From positions 1 to 52,946 of the forward strand of contig JAADGS010000099.1 of NCBI GenBank assembly GCA_013152275.1: 52,946 nt of DNA, in the 5' to 3' direction. A program made the position numbers and the translations under genes. Below are positions 18,056 to 27,863 of this stretch, one piece after another. Source of the DNA: Actinomycetota bacterium. Its GTDB lineage: Bacteria > Actinomycetota > Acidimicrobiia > Spongiisociales > UBA4744. The notes under the pieces were generated by a model, which did no database searches, was not told where the DNA came from, and worked only from the letters and a program-made list of their open reading frames with translations. Every line of letters begins with the position of its first letter. Within the stretch, counting starts at the first letter, position 1.

Positions 18056-19455
18056 CGTTCGCCGACCCGCTGGTCCGTCTTGCGCGAGCCGGGGGGCAGC
18101 ACCTTGCCGGGATTACAGCGCTCGTCCGGATCGAAGGCTTCTTTGATACACGCCTGCGCGTCGAGGTCGACGTCGCTGAAGATCAGGGGCATCAAGTCTC
18201 GCTTCTCGAGTCCGATGCCATGCTCACCACTGAGCGTTCCTCCGGCTTCGACACACACCGCGAGGATCTCTTTCGACGCCTCGTGGACACGATCGAGCAC
18301 ACCGGGCTCCGCTGCGTCGAATGTGATCATCGGATGGAGATTCCCATCACCTGCATGGAAGACGTTCATCATGACGAGGTTGTGCCGCTGAGCGATCTCA
18401 TAGATCTGATGGACGACGTCGACGAGCTTCGTGCGGGGAACCGATGTGTCCTGCAGGTAGTAGTTCGGAGCCATCTGGGTCACGGCCCCGAACGCCGACT
18501 TCCTCCCCTTCCACAGTTCGGCTCGTTGCCGCTCGTCCGATGCGGTGGTGACGTCGAATGCGCCTTCGGCGGTCATGATCTCTTCGACGGCTGCAAGCTC
18601 CACGTCTACCGAGGCGGCGTGACCGGAAACGTCGATGAGGAGCAGCCCGCCCGCGTCGACGGGCAGACCTGCGTGGAGAAAGTTCTCGAGAGCGATCGTC
18701 ATCTCGCGGTCGATCATCTCGAGCGCTGCGGGAACGATCCCGCTTCCGATTACCGCCGAGACGGCCGCCGCGGCCTGCTCGATGCGTTCGAATGCCGCGA
18801 GCACCGTCCGGGTCTCTTGCGGGTTCGGCGTGAGCTTGACGAGCACCTTCGTGACGATTCCGAGGGTGCCCTCGGAGCCGACCACGACCGCCCTGAGGTC
18901 CAGACCGATCGGGTCGGGAGCCTCCGATCCGATCGTGACCACCTCGCCGTCGGCGGTGACCAGTTCCACGGCGAGGATGTGCCCGACCGTCGTCCCTTCG
19001 GCCAGACAGTGCGGACCACCCGCGCCCGTGGAGACATTGCCGCCGACCGTCGACACCGACTGCGACGACGGGTCGGGAGCGAAGTGCAGACCGAGCGACT
19101 CCGTCTGCCTGGACAGGTCGAGGTTGACGATGCCTGGCTCGACCCATGCCGTCGCTCCGATCGGATCGACTTTCAAGATCCGGTTCATCTTGGCGACGGC
19201 AACCATGATCGCCGGGCCGATGGCGATCGCCCCCGACGCAAGACCGGTACCTGCGCCCCGTGGAACGACGGGAAAGCCGTGGGATGCCGCGATGCGCATG
19301 ACGTCGACGACTTCCTCGGTCGTCTCCGGCAACACCACGACGGTCGGGTCACCGCGCCTCATCCCCGAGTCCTTGCCGTAGATGTGCAGCCGCAGCGGGT
19401 CGGAGAGAACGCGCTCCGGGTCGAGCGCCGACTGAAGATCCGCTACGAGCGTCAT
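18052..19455 (-). CDS. glcD: Glycolate oxidase subunit (FAD-linked oxidase)
   Basis: PRGAGTGLASG, FAPDPSSQ, HAGDGNLHP, GEHGIGLEK. Confidence 0.9.
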   Translation of the reverse strand: MTLVADLQSALDPERVLSDPLRLHIYGKDSGMRRGDPTVVVLPETTEEVVDVMRIAASHGFPVVPRGAGTGLASGAIAIGPAIMVAVAKMNRILKVDPIGATAWVEPGIVNLDLSRQTESLGLHFAPDPSSQSVSTVGGNVSTGAGGPHCLAEGTTVGHILAVELVTADGEVVTIGSEAPDPIGLDLRAVVVGSEGTLGIVTKVLVKLTPNPQETRTVLAAFERIEQAAAAVSAVIGSGIVPAALEMIDREMTIALENFLHAGLPVDAGGLLLIDVSGHAASVDVELAAVEEIMTAEGAFDVTTASDERQRAELWKGRKSAFGAVTQMAPNYYLQDTSVPRTKLVDVVHQIYEIAQRHNLVMMNVFHAGDGNLHPMITFDAAEPGVLDRVHEASKEILAVCVEAGGTLSGEHGIGLEKRDLMPLIFSDVDLDAQACIKEAFDPDERCNPGKVLPPGSRKTDQRVGER

Positions 19456-19568
19456 GGACAGAATCGTACCCGGTGGACGGTGCCCGAGCGCCAAGAACCA
19501 GGGACTCTCAAACCTGGCTCCCAGAATGGGAATCCGGCGTCGGCGACAACTGGGGTATCGTGGGCATC

Positions 19569-20672
19569 ATGGACCGCATCCAGCCGCCACGCCGCTATCT
19601 CATGGGCCCAGGCCCCTCGCCGGTCGAGCCGTCTGTCCTCGCAGCCATGGCCAAACCGGTTCTCGGACATCTCGACCCGGTCTTCATCCAGATCATGGAT
19701 GAGGTCACGATCGCGTTGCGCGAGGTATTCCAGACCGCCAACCGTCTCACGTTCCCGGTCTCGGGTACCGGATCTGCGGGAGCGGAAGCGGCGATCGTCA
19801 ACATGGTCGAGCCAGGCGACCGGGTGGTCGTCGGCGTCGCGGGCGTGTTCGGGGCCCGTCTCGCCGAGATGGCGAGACGCGCAGGTGGAATCGTCAGCGA
19901 GATCCATGCCCCTTGGGGAACGGCGGTACCCGCGGACCAGATTGCGGACGCGGTCACGCAGCGGGGAGCCAAGGTCGTGGCGATCGTCCATGCGGAAACC
20001 TCCACGGGCATGCGCCAGCCGGTGGACGAGCTGCGTGCAGCGATCGGTGATGACCCGATTCTCATCGTCGACGCGGTCACGTCCCTCGGTGGCATCGAGG
20101 TGGACGTCGACTCGTGGGGGATCGACGTATGTTTTTCGGGCACGCAGAAATGCCTCAGTGTGCCACCGGGCCTGGCACCGATCACGTTCTCGGCACGTGC
20201 GGAGTGGAAGCTCGAGACCCGGTCCGCTCCGGTGCAGTCGTGGTACCTGGACGCGCGGCTCCTGCGTTCCTACTGGGAAGATGGAGAGAAACGTCGGGCC
20301 TACCACCACACCGCACCGATCTCGATGGTCTACGGCCTCCACGAAGGTCTCCGACTCGTTCTCGACGAAGGTTTGGATGCCCGCTGGGCCCGCCATCACG
20401 ACGCAGGCCGCTTCCTGCGCAACGCCCTCGTCGAGCGCGGCTACGAACCGTTCGCCGCCGATGGGTACCGGCTTCCTCAGCTCACCTCGGTCCGTCTCCC
20501 CAAGGGTGTCGACGACGCCGTGCGCCACGACCTTCTCAACGAGTTCGATATCGAGATCGGCGCCGGTCTTGGCGACTTGGCCGGCAAGGTCTGGCGCGTC
20601 GGGCTCATGGGCCTTGGGGCGCGCCGCGAACATGCCTTGCGCCTGATCCAGGCGCTCGACGCCTTGACCTGA
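19569..20672 (+). CDS. Alanine/serine--glyoxylate aminotransferase (class V)
   Basis: LMGPGPS, VHAETSTG, SGTQKCLSVPPG, YHHTAP, WRVGLMG. Confidence 0.93.
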   Translation: MDRIQPPRRYLMGPGPSPVEPSVLAAMAKPVLGHLDPVFIQIMDEVTIALREVFQTANRLTFPVSGTGSAGAEAAIVNMVEPGDRVVVGVAGVFGARLAEMARRAGGIVSEIHAPWGTAVPADQIADAVTQRGAKVVAIVHAETSTGMRQPVDELRAAIGDDPILIVDAVTSLGGIEVDVDSWGIDVCFSGTQKCLSVPPGLAPITFSARAEWKLETRSAPVQSWYLDARLLRSYWEDGEKRRAYHHTAPISMVYGLHEGLRLVLDEGLDARWARHHDAGRFLRNALVERGYEPFAADGYRLPQLTSVRLPKGVDDAVRHDLLNEFDIEIGAGLGDLAGKVWRVGLMGLGARREHALRLIQALDALT

Positions 20673-21046
20673 CGGTCTCAGGCGCAGCCTGGATCTCGAC
20701 GTCCCGGAGGCCGGTTCTACCGGCGATGGCGGCCGTTCCGGCTTCCCGTGCAGGTTCTCCTCCTTTGACGGTTCCCATCGGTGCGGAGGCCGCGCTCGAA
20801 CTCATGTCGACAGGGATCGACAGCACGGGCATCCTGACACCCGCCGCAGCTCGGATGGAGGCTGCCCCACGCGGCTGTCGCGAAGGAGTATGGGATCACG
20901 ACCTTGCCGAGCGTTTCGGCCGCCAGGTGGATGTGATCGGAAACCCGCTGCCCGCGTCCGCCGGAGGGATGCTCACCGTGCAGGCCTGCAACGACCGATT
21001 TCCACAGGACGCGCTGAAGATGGGGCCTCCCCGCCGAGGTGTAGCT

Positions 21047-22585
21047 CTACGCTTTCCCCCAGCCGCCACCACCGGGCGTCAACACTCGAAGCCGGTCCCC
21101 TGCCCGCACTTCGAACGTGACCTTTCCTGGGAGCCGTTCGGGCGCCGATCCCGGCCGGATCAGCCAGTCCTCACCGACCGCGCCAGGCCCGCCGCCGGCG
21201 AGTCCCCACGGCGGCACCCTTCGCCGCTCCCCCATCAACGACACGGTCGCGTCGGCGAGGAACTCGATCTCTCGTTCGATACCCTCCCCGCCGGAGAAGC
21301 GGCCTGCTCCTCCGCTGCCGTGACGCAGCCGGGTGGTGATGACCCGCAGCGGATAGGCAACCTGCAGCGCTTCGATCGGAGTGTTCTTCGTGTTGGTCAT
21401 CCCGGTGTGGACCCCGGACATGCCCGGCCTGCCTGGACGGCCGCCCTGTCCACCACCGACCGTCTCGTAGTAGGCGAAGTCGTCGTTGCCGGCGAGGATG
21501 TTGTTCATCGTTCCCTGTGATGCGGCAGGCACACGGTCGGGGGCCGCCTGGGCGAGAGCACCAAGGAGCACGTCGGCGATCCGCTGGCTGGTCTCGACGT
21601 TGCCGGCGGCCACCGCGGCGGGTGGTTCGGCGTTCACGAGCGTTCCCGGCGGAGCCAGCAGCTCGAGAGGCCGGTAGCAGCCGCCGTTGGCAGGGATCGA
21701 AGGATCGGTCGCCACTCGCACCGCGTAGTAGAGACACGAACGGGTGACCGCCTCGACGGCGTTGATGTTGCCTGCGACCTGGCCGGTCGTGCCGCCGAAA
21801 TCGGCGACGAGGTCTTCCCCTTCGATACGCACGGCAACCGAGATCGGCAAGTCCTCGTCGCCCCACTCCATCACGTCGGTGAACCGGTATTCGCCGTCGG
21901 GCAGCGCACCGAGTGCGGCGCGCATCCTGCGTTCCCCGTACGCGAGCAGCGCTCCGGTGACGGCCGTGAACCACTCCAGGCCTTCGGCTTCGGCGAGTGA
22001 GGCGACGCGTGCCGCCCCGACCTCGTTGGCGCCGAGCTGTGCGGACAGGTCACCGAGGCGTTCGGACCGTGTGCGGGTCGCGGCCAGGAACGGATCGAGG
22101 AACTCGTCGATCCACACGCCATCTCGAACCGCCGGGGTGGGGACGACGACATGGCCCTCCTGATCGATCGTCGTCGCATGCGCCGGCATCGAACCGGGGG
22201 CCTCCCCACCGACGTCGGCGTGATGTGCGCGGTTGGCGACCCAGCCGATGAGGATCCCGGACGCGAACACGGGCCGGACGAGAGTGAGATCGTTGAGATG
22301 GGTACCACCGTGATACGGGTCGTTCACCGCGTACTGCACGCCCGGTTCGGCACCGAGACGGTCCAGGACCGCAGCGACGGAGGCGGGCATGGAACCGAGG
22401 TGAACGGGAATGTGTTCCGCCTGGGCGAGCATCTCTCCGGACGGGACGAATACGGCCGCCGAGCAGTCTGCTCGTTCCTTGATGTTCGGCGAGTACGCCG
22501 TGCGCCGAAGCACCAATCCCATCTCGTCGGCGATCGCGGCGAGCTGGTTCCGGGCGACTTCGAGCGTGATCGGATCGACGGTCAC
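21047..22585 (-). CDS. Hydantoinase B / 5-oxoprolinase family subunit
   Basis: DPITLEV, SPNIKERAD, HIPVHLGSM, GGTHLND, TPGGGGWG. Confidence 0.93.
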   Translation of the reverse strand: MTVDPITLEVARNQLAAIADEMGLVLRRTAYSPNIKERADCSAAVFVPSGEMLAQAEHIPVHLGSMPASVAAVLDRLGAEPGVQYAVNDPYHGGTHLNDLTLVRPVFASGILIGWVANRAHHADVGGEAPGSMPAHATTIDQEGHVVVPTPAVRDGVWIDEFLDPFLAATRTRSERLGDLSAQLGANEVGAARVASLAEAEGLEWFTAVTGALLAYGERRMRAALGALPDGEYRFTDVMEWGDEDLPISVAVRIEGEDLVADFGGTTGQVAGNINAVEAVTRSCLYYAVRVATDPSIPANGGCYRPLELLAPPGTLVNAEPPAAVAAGNVETSQRIADVLLGALAQAAPDRVPAASQGTMNNILAGNDDFAYYETVGGGQGGRPGRPGMSGVHTGMTNTKNTPIEALQVAYPLRVITTRLRHGSGGAGRFSGGEGIEREIEFLADATVSLMGERRRVPPWGLAGGGPGAVGEDWLIRPGSAPERLPGKVTFEVRAGDRLRVLTPGGGGWGKA

Positions 22586-24492
22586 CACTCCACCTCCAGT
22601 GCCCCGCAGGGATGCACCGTGGCCCGCTCGCCGATGCCGAGGAACACGGTCGCGTCCGGCTCTTCGATCACGGCGGGGCCTTCGACGGTCGTCCCTGGCG
22701 CGAGTCCGGGTCGCCACCACACGTCGGCGTCGACCGCGCCGTCCGAGGTGAGCACCTCACGTGTCCCTCGCGCCGCCTCACCTTCGGGGACGGCATCGTC
22801 GAGATCGCTCCACCGCAGGGCCGGTGTCCCCAACGCGGCGGCCCGGACGGTGACCACTTCGACGGGGTCTCCGACCCTGGCGAATCCGTTCCGAGCCCGG
22901 TGGGCATCGTGAAAGCGGGCCTCCAGCACCTCCGTTCCCTCACCGGGCCGGTACGGGACCGTCGTCTCATGGGATTGGCCCCGGTAGCGAACGTCGACGG
23001 AGGTGCGAACCTCCACCAGGAAAGCGCCCGTCTCGGAGACAAGATGATGTGCCGCGTCTGCACGAAGATGTCCGACGGCCTCGTCGACCACCGCCTCGGG
23101 TCCGAGGCTCAGCGAAAGATCGACCCGCGGAGGGCTGAGCAGTAGGCCGAGCGCGCTGAACACCCCCGCATGAGGGGGCACGACGACGCCCGCCATGTCG
23201 AGACGCCGGGCCAACGCGGTGGCATGCATGCCGCCGGCGCCACCGAAGGCGACGAGCACCGAGCTTCTCGGATCGGCCCCTTCTTCGACGCTGACGGCGC
23301 GTACGGCGCGTTCCATGTGTGCCTCGACGACTTCGACGATCCCGAGTGCCGTCGCCTCACTGCTCAGATCCAGAAGTCTTGCCGTCCGCTGCACGGCGCC
23401 CTCTGCAAGGTCGTGCCGGAGGGCCATGCCACCGGCCAGGTGCTTCGCGAGACGGCCGATCATCAGGTCCGCGTCGCTGACGGTCGCCTCGGTACCACCA
23501 CGCCCGTACGAGGCGGGGCCGGGCACGGCGCCTGCCGAACGAGGTCCGACCCGCAGCGCACCGCCGGAGTCGACCCAGGCGACCGATCCGCCACCCGCCC
23601 CCACGGTGTGCACGGCGACGGACGGCAGCAGGCACGGATAGCCTTCGATGCTGCGCCGGTAGGCGGATTCCGGGCGTCCATGCTCGACACGGCACACGTC
23701 GGTCGAGGTACCGCCCATGTCGAAGGAGATCAACGTATCGTGGCCGAGCGCCTTGCCGAGTTCCGCCGACGCGACCACGCCGCCCGCGGGACCGGACAGC
23801 AGCACGGCCGCGGGAAGCTCGATGGCGGCGGCCAGGTCCATCAGGCCGCCGGAGGAGCGCATGACGAGGATGTCGTCGGGGAGCCCAGCCTGGCGTGCCT
23901 TGGTTTCGAGGTGCTGCAGGTAACGTCCGACGACCGGCGAGAGGTACGCGTTCAGGACGGTCGTCGAGGTCCGCTCGAATTCTCGAAACTCGGGAGCGAC
24001 TCTGCTCGACAGCGACACGGGGACGTCTGGAGCGATCGACCGTATCTTCTCGAGGATCTGCTCTTCCTCACCGGGATGCCGGAACGACCACAGCAGCGCC
24101 ACCGCGATCGCCTCGACGTCGGCGAGCGCGGCCAGGTCGCCGCCGTCCGGCAGGCGCAACGACCGGGGCACGAGCGGCTCCGGCCGGTCCTTGAACGCGT
24201 CGTACAGCGAGGGACGGTCCTGTCGCCCGATCTCGATCACATCGGTGAAGCCGGCGGACGTGACGAGCGCCGTCCTGGCTCCCTTGCGTTCCAGGAGGGC
24301 GTTCGTGGCGATCGTGGTTCCATGGAGCAGGATGTCGGCGGGGCCGTGAATGATTCGACGGGAACCGTCGATGACCCCGTCGCTCTGATCGGCGGTCGTG
24401 GAAGTCTTGCCCGCGACCAGACGGGTCCCATCCCATGCGGCGAAGTCGGTGAACGTGCCCCCGACATCGACTCCCAGCGCGTTGGCTACCAT
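22582..24492 (-). CDS. Hydantoinase A / 5-oxoprolinase family subunit
   Basis: GVDVGGTFTD, HGTTIATNALLERKG, DMGGTSTD, GAGGGS. Confidence 0.93.
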   Translation of the reverse strand: MVANALGVDVGGTFTDFAAWDGTRLVAGKTSTTADQSDGVIDGSRRIIHGPADILLHGTTIATNALLERKGARTALVTSAGFTDVIEIGRQDRPSLYDAFKDRPEPLVPRSLRLPDGGDLAALADVEAIAVALLWSFRHPGEEEQILEKIRSIAPDVPVSLSSRVAPEFREFERTSTTVLNAYLSPVVGRYLQHLETKARQAGLPDDILVMRSSGGLMDLAAAIELPAAVLLSGPAGGVVASAELGKALGHDTLISFDMGGTSTDVCRVEHGRPESAYRRSIEGYPCLLPSVAVHTVGAGGGSVAWVDSGGALRVGPRSAGAVPGPASYGRGGTEATVSDADLMIGRLAKHLAGGMALRHDLAEGAVQRTARLLDLSSEATALGIVEVVEAHMERAVRAVSVEEGADPRSSVLVAFGGAGGMHATALARRLDMAGVVVPPHAGVFSALGLLLSPPRVDLSLSLGPEAVVDEAVGHLRADAAHHLVSETGAFLVEVRTSVDVRYRGQSHETTVPYRPGEGTEVLEARFHDAHRARNGFARVGDPVEVVTVRAAALGTPALRWSDLDDAVPEGEAARGTREVLTSDGAVDADVWWRPGLAPGTTVEGPAVIEEPDATVFLGIGERATVHPCGALEVEW

Positions 24493-24498
24493 CGGTAC

Positions 24499-24756
24499 AT
24501 GGCTATCACTATCGAAGGAACGCCGAATCCCAACGCTCTCAAGTTCGGCGTCGGATGCGATGTCGGAGGACCGAAGACGTTTGTCGCCGGACGCACGGTC
24601 GACGACCCGATGGCGGAGAGGCTCCTCTCACTTCCGGGCGTGACGAGTGTGTTCATGACCGCCGATTTCGTGACACTGACAAAGGCTCCTGATGCGGACT
24701 GGGCCGCTCTCGCCGAACAGGCACGGCAAATCCTAGAGGGGCATTTCGGGGCGTAG
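24499..24756 (+). CDS. Nfu/NifU N-terminal scaffold domain protein
   Basis: IEGTPNPNALKF...LPGVTSVFMTADFVTLTK...W. Confidence 0.85.
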   Translation: MAITIEGTPNPNALKFGVGCDVGGPKTFVAGRTVDDPMAERLLSLPGVTSVFMTADFVTLTKAPDADWAALAEQARQILEGHFGA

Positions 24757-24798
24757 GGCCGCAGGTCAGATCGACATGGTTGCCTCGGCGGCTGCCAA

Positions 24799-25266
24799 TC
24801 AACCGCTGATGGGTGCCCACGTGGCATGCGCCACCCTGGCCAACTCGGCGATCGAGATCGGGAACACCGTCGTTGGCGTCCCTGCGGCCGCCCACACGGG
24901 GTCATGCCGGTTCAGTTCCGGGTCGGCAAAGACCCGACAACCGTGGCCGAACGGCGGGGTACCGCCGGCCGCGTAGCCGGTGGCGGCACGGACCTCGTCG
25001 AGCGATGCCCGGCGGCTTCCGCTCCCGCCGGCCGCTTCCGCCAACTTCTCGAGATCGAGCCGCCGATCGCCGGGAACCAACGCCACCACGGGCTCATCAT
25101 CTACCATGAACACGAGTGACTTCACGATCGCGGCGACGTCACAACCGACCGCTCTCGCAGCGTCGCCGGCCGTCTTGGTACCTTCGGGAAACACGCGAAC
25201 ATCGACATCGAGCCCCTCCCCGGCAGCCCAGTGAACAAGACGCAGCGACGCGGTAGGAAGATCCAT
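24799..25266 (-). CDS. YbaK/EbsC aminoacyl-tRNA deacylase family protein
   Basis: IVKSLVF, ATGYAAGGTPPFGH, WAAAGTP. Confidence 0.92.
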   Translation of the reverse strand: MDLPTASLRLVHWAAGEGLDVDVRVFPEGTKTAGDAARAVGCDVAAIVKSLVFMVDDEPVVALVPGDRRLDLEKLAEAAGGSGSRRASLDEVRAATGYAAGGTPPFGHGCRVFADPELNRHDPVWAAAGTPTTVFPISIAELARVAHATWAPISG

Positions 25267-25298
25267 GGCAGCATCGTAGGACACGCAGCCGGGGGCCG

Positions 25299-25733
25299 TC
25301 ATTCGAACGGGTCGACTGCCTCGATGCCGTCGAACGTGCGGAAGTCCCGATCGCGGGTCCAGATCGTCCTCACACCATGTTCTCGCATCAGAGTCACGAG
25401 GTGGGCGTCGGACACCAGGTTGCCCCGCACGGGTATGCGGTCTGTCACGTCGCGGTACACACCCCAGAATCTTCGTCCTTCACCCGGCATGCGGACATGC
25501 GGTCGGTCGATGAGGCTACCGATGTTCTCCCTGGCGGCTGCGGGTGCGAGCGGATTGACGAACACGGCCGGATGTGTGGTGATCCGAAGGTACTCCGTCG
25601 TCACCGGCCAGAACAGATAGACCAGATCGGTGCCTTTGGCGAGATCCGCCGGCAGCTCTCTGGCACGACCATGCAATGCACTCCCCGTGTCCGATGCGCA
25701 GACAAGCAGGTTGGTGTCGACGGTCAGGCTCAC
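25299..25733 (-). CDS. vapC: VapC-family PIN toxin
   Basis: VDTNLLV, NLVSDAHL, TRDRDFRTF; GTGA overlap with the antitoxin. Confidence 0.85.
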   Translation of the reverse strand: MSLTVDTNLLVCASDTGSALHGRARELPADLAKGTDLVYLFWPVTTEYLRITTHPAVFVNPLAPAAARENIGSLIDRPHVRMPGEGRRFWGVYRDVTDRIPVRGNLVSDAHLVTLMREHGVRTIWTRDRDFRTFDGIEAVDPFE

Positions 25734-25957
25734 GTCTCTTCGAACGCCTGATAGAGCCGGTCCTTGTCCTCGAGATCGAACCGGGCGCCCATGTCTTGAC
25801 TCGTCCACGACAATTCGGATGGATCGGCCTCGGGTCCGAAGATCGCTCGCACCGACAGTTCGGACACGAGCCTGCTGAGGGTCTTGCCTTCCGCGGCCCG
25901 CCGCTTCTTCATTTCTGCCGGCAGGGAGCTGTCGAGATCGATCGTCGTTCAGGGCAT
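25730..25957 (-). pseudogene. vapB: VapB-type antitoxin with nonsense codon at position 3
   Basis: MP*TTIDLDSSLPAEMKKRRAAEGKTLSRLVSEL; TGA at 25949-25951 where the usual RTTIDLD motif implies CGA. Confidence 0.75.
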
Positions 25958-25994
25958 GACACACATGATGTTGCACGTCATCGCATCAGATGCA

Positions 25995-26951
25995 TCACCC
26001 GTCCACGTCCCACGGCGGAGCATCGAGCACGGTCGAGCCGTCCACCCACAGTGAGAGCGGCCAGCGGTTCCCTGCCGCGTCGGCAACCGTCACGACGATG
26101 CGCCAGCCGCCCGCCGCTCGGACCGCGGAGATCACCTTCGGATCACTCCCCCAGCCGTCGGCCTCATCCTCGACCACCGCCAGCAAAGATCTTGGGGGAT
26201 CTTCCTCCCCCTCTGGCCACAGAGCAACCCCGGCATCGGCCGGCACAACGGCGGGAGATGGCAGATCCACTACCGATGCCTTACCGTCCGTCACTTCGAT
26301 CACCACACCGACCGCACGCACCGGCAGTCTGGTCAGCGACTGCGTGTCAGGCCCGGCAAGCATCCCAAACACCACCGTTGCCCTGAAGAGATCCGGACCA
26401 ACGGTCCTGATCTCGGCACTGCGCGCCCACTCGACATACGACACCCCGGTTCCCCCGCCCGTGGGTATCTCGGCTCCGTCGGGAAGCGCCGCCACAACAC
26501 CGAGTGCCTCACCCGGACGGCCACCACTCCCGAAGTAGTCCCGCACGAACCACTCCGCCCGAACTGCCGCGAGCTGCTCCTGAGATCCGGGTACCAGTGC
26601 CATCAGGTCGGCCTCCGAATACAGCGGTGCCGTGGTCGACACGACGGTCGGAACGACGGTCGACACAACAGGTGATGTCGTCGATATCACGCTCGGGACA
26701 GCTTCGGAAGATGCCGGTGGTCCACCGGGAAGTGCCCGGGCCACGACCACGCCCAGCGCGGCCATGGCAAGCACGCCGGCGGCCACATAGGCGACCCATC
26801 GCGGGAACGGACGTTGTTGGGTCACGAGTTCAGACCACGGGATACTCTCGAGTTGCTCGTCGAGTGTGTCGTCCTCGTCGATATGTAGATCCACAGCGTC
26901 TCCTTCGTCCGGGGGTAAGGCGAACGTACGCCGCCGCGGAGACTCAAACAA
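25995..26951 (-). CDS. Hypothetical single-TM protein, possibly TcpC/VirB8-like
   Basis: TM helix, S/T linker, AEWFVRDYF...VVDLPSPAVVP. Confidence 0.7.
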   Translation of the reverse strand: MFESPRRRTFALPPDEGDAVDLHIDEDDTLDEQLESIPWSELVTQQRPFPRWVAYVAAGVLAMAALGVVVARALPGGPPASSEAVPSVISTTSPVVSTVVPTVVSTTAPLYSEADLMALVPGSQEQLAAVRAEWFVRDYFGSGGRPGEALGVVAALPDGAEIPTGGGTGVSYVEWARSAEIRTVGPDLFRATVVFGMLAGPDTQSLTRLPVRAVGVVIEVTDGKASVVDLPSPAVVPADAGVALWPEGEEDPPRSLLAVVEDEADGWGSDPKVISAVRAAGGWRIVVTVADAAGNRWPLSLWVDGSTVLDAPPWDVDG

Positions 26952-26999
26952 GGGGTTTGCTTCCAGAACTTGCTTCCGGTCCGCTAACGTTGGACCGCG

Positions 27000-27611
27000 A
27001 TGAGCAACCCCGACCCGAAGCCTGGACGCTGGATCCTTCCTCTGATCATCATCGGCATGGTTGGTTTCACATACTTCTTCGTCAGCAGCCTTCCCTCACC
27101 CCAGCCTGTGGGCACGACGACGACGACCTCCGCGCGGACGACGACCTCGACAACGGAGGCAGGACCCGGCAGCTCCACCACGAGCACGACGATCCCCGAC
27201 GACGTGCAGGCCTACCTCGACAAGATGGCGGAGAAGAAAGCCGATCTGGACGCGCTCTCGACCGACCTCCTGGCAGCAAACGATCGCTGGGACCACAAGG
27301 CCGATACCGGTGCCACGTATTCGGAGACCAAGGCCGCCTTCCAGAAAGCTGTCGATGAAGCCACCGTCTTCTCCGACAGCATCGCGGCGACGACCCTTCC
27401 TGCCGGCTATTCGGATCTCGCGAGCTTGCACGCCGACCTCTCGACTGCCGCTGCCAAGATCCTGAAGGCCACCATCGCGGCCCTCGACGGACTCCAGTCC
27501 TCGGACACGGGTCAAAAACGCGCAGCTGCGATCGAGGAGTTCAACACGGCGGTCGCCGAGTTCAATGCCGTCTATGACAGCCTCGCTGCGGCGGCGACCC
27601 CAACGGGTTAG
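27000..27611 (+). CDS. Hypothetical membrane-anchored protein with Thr-rich linker and helical domain
   Basis: N-terminal TM, TTTTS runs, amphipathic helices. Confidence 0.8.
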   Translation: MSNPDPKPGRWILPLIIIGMVGFTYFFVSSLPSPQPVGTTTTTSARTTTSTTEAGPGSSTTSTTIPDDVQAYLDKMAEKKADLDALSTDLLAANDRWDHKADTGATYSETKAAFQKAVDEATVFSDSIAATTLPAGYSDLASLHADLSTAAAKILKATIAALDGLQSSDTGQKRAAAIEEFNTAVAEFNAVYDSLAAAATPTG

Positions 27612-27737
27612 AGCGGTCCCGGCACCGGCTCCGTGTCATGAGAGCGAAAGCGCCGTGGCAGCCAAGAAAGAAGGGGACAGGTTCCCTCCTGACGGGACGT
27701 TGAGCAAGCAACACCCTCCTGCCGGCTCACAGTGGTA

Positions 27738-27856
27738 CCCGTTCCGGCTTCGTGGTACTCCCCCCCGGGAAGCGGAGCGACCGTTGGGGAAAGAAGTGGT
27801 CGCTGCGCTCCCTGGGGAGAGATATGGTCGCTCCGCCCACCGAGGGGGAAACTCCC
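27738..27856 (+). repeat. REP-like element related to 6321-6402, between convergent genes
   Basis: Shared sequence blocks; repeated GGTCGCT.CGC and its complement. Confidence 0.55.
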
Positions 27857-27863
27857 GAGACTC

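Noticed and set aside
17959..20646. Long antisense or alternative-frame ORFs (e.g. 17959-20646, 8002-9627, 9725-11350, 20114-21520, 40993-41982)
   Set aside because: Shadow frames of well-supported genes in high-GC DNA, with no motifs.
25949..25951. Selenocysteine recoding of the in-frame TGAs in vapB and in the integrase (50324-50326), given selAB nearby
   Set aside because: Both fall at positions expected to be Arg (CGA to TGA transition), not Cys, and I could not identify a convincing SECIS hairpin.
27630..27735. SAM-type riboswitch (TCATGAG...GCAAC..CCCTCC resemblance)
   Set aside because: Lies between convergent genes with no downstream + strand gene, and the core helices could not be built.
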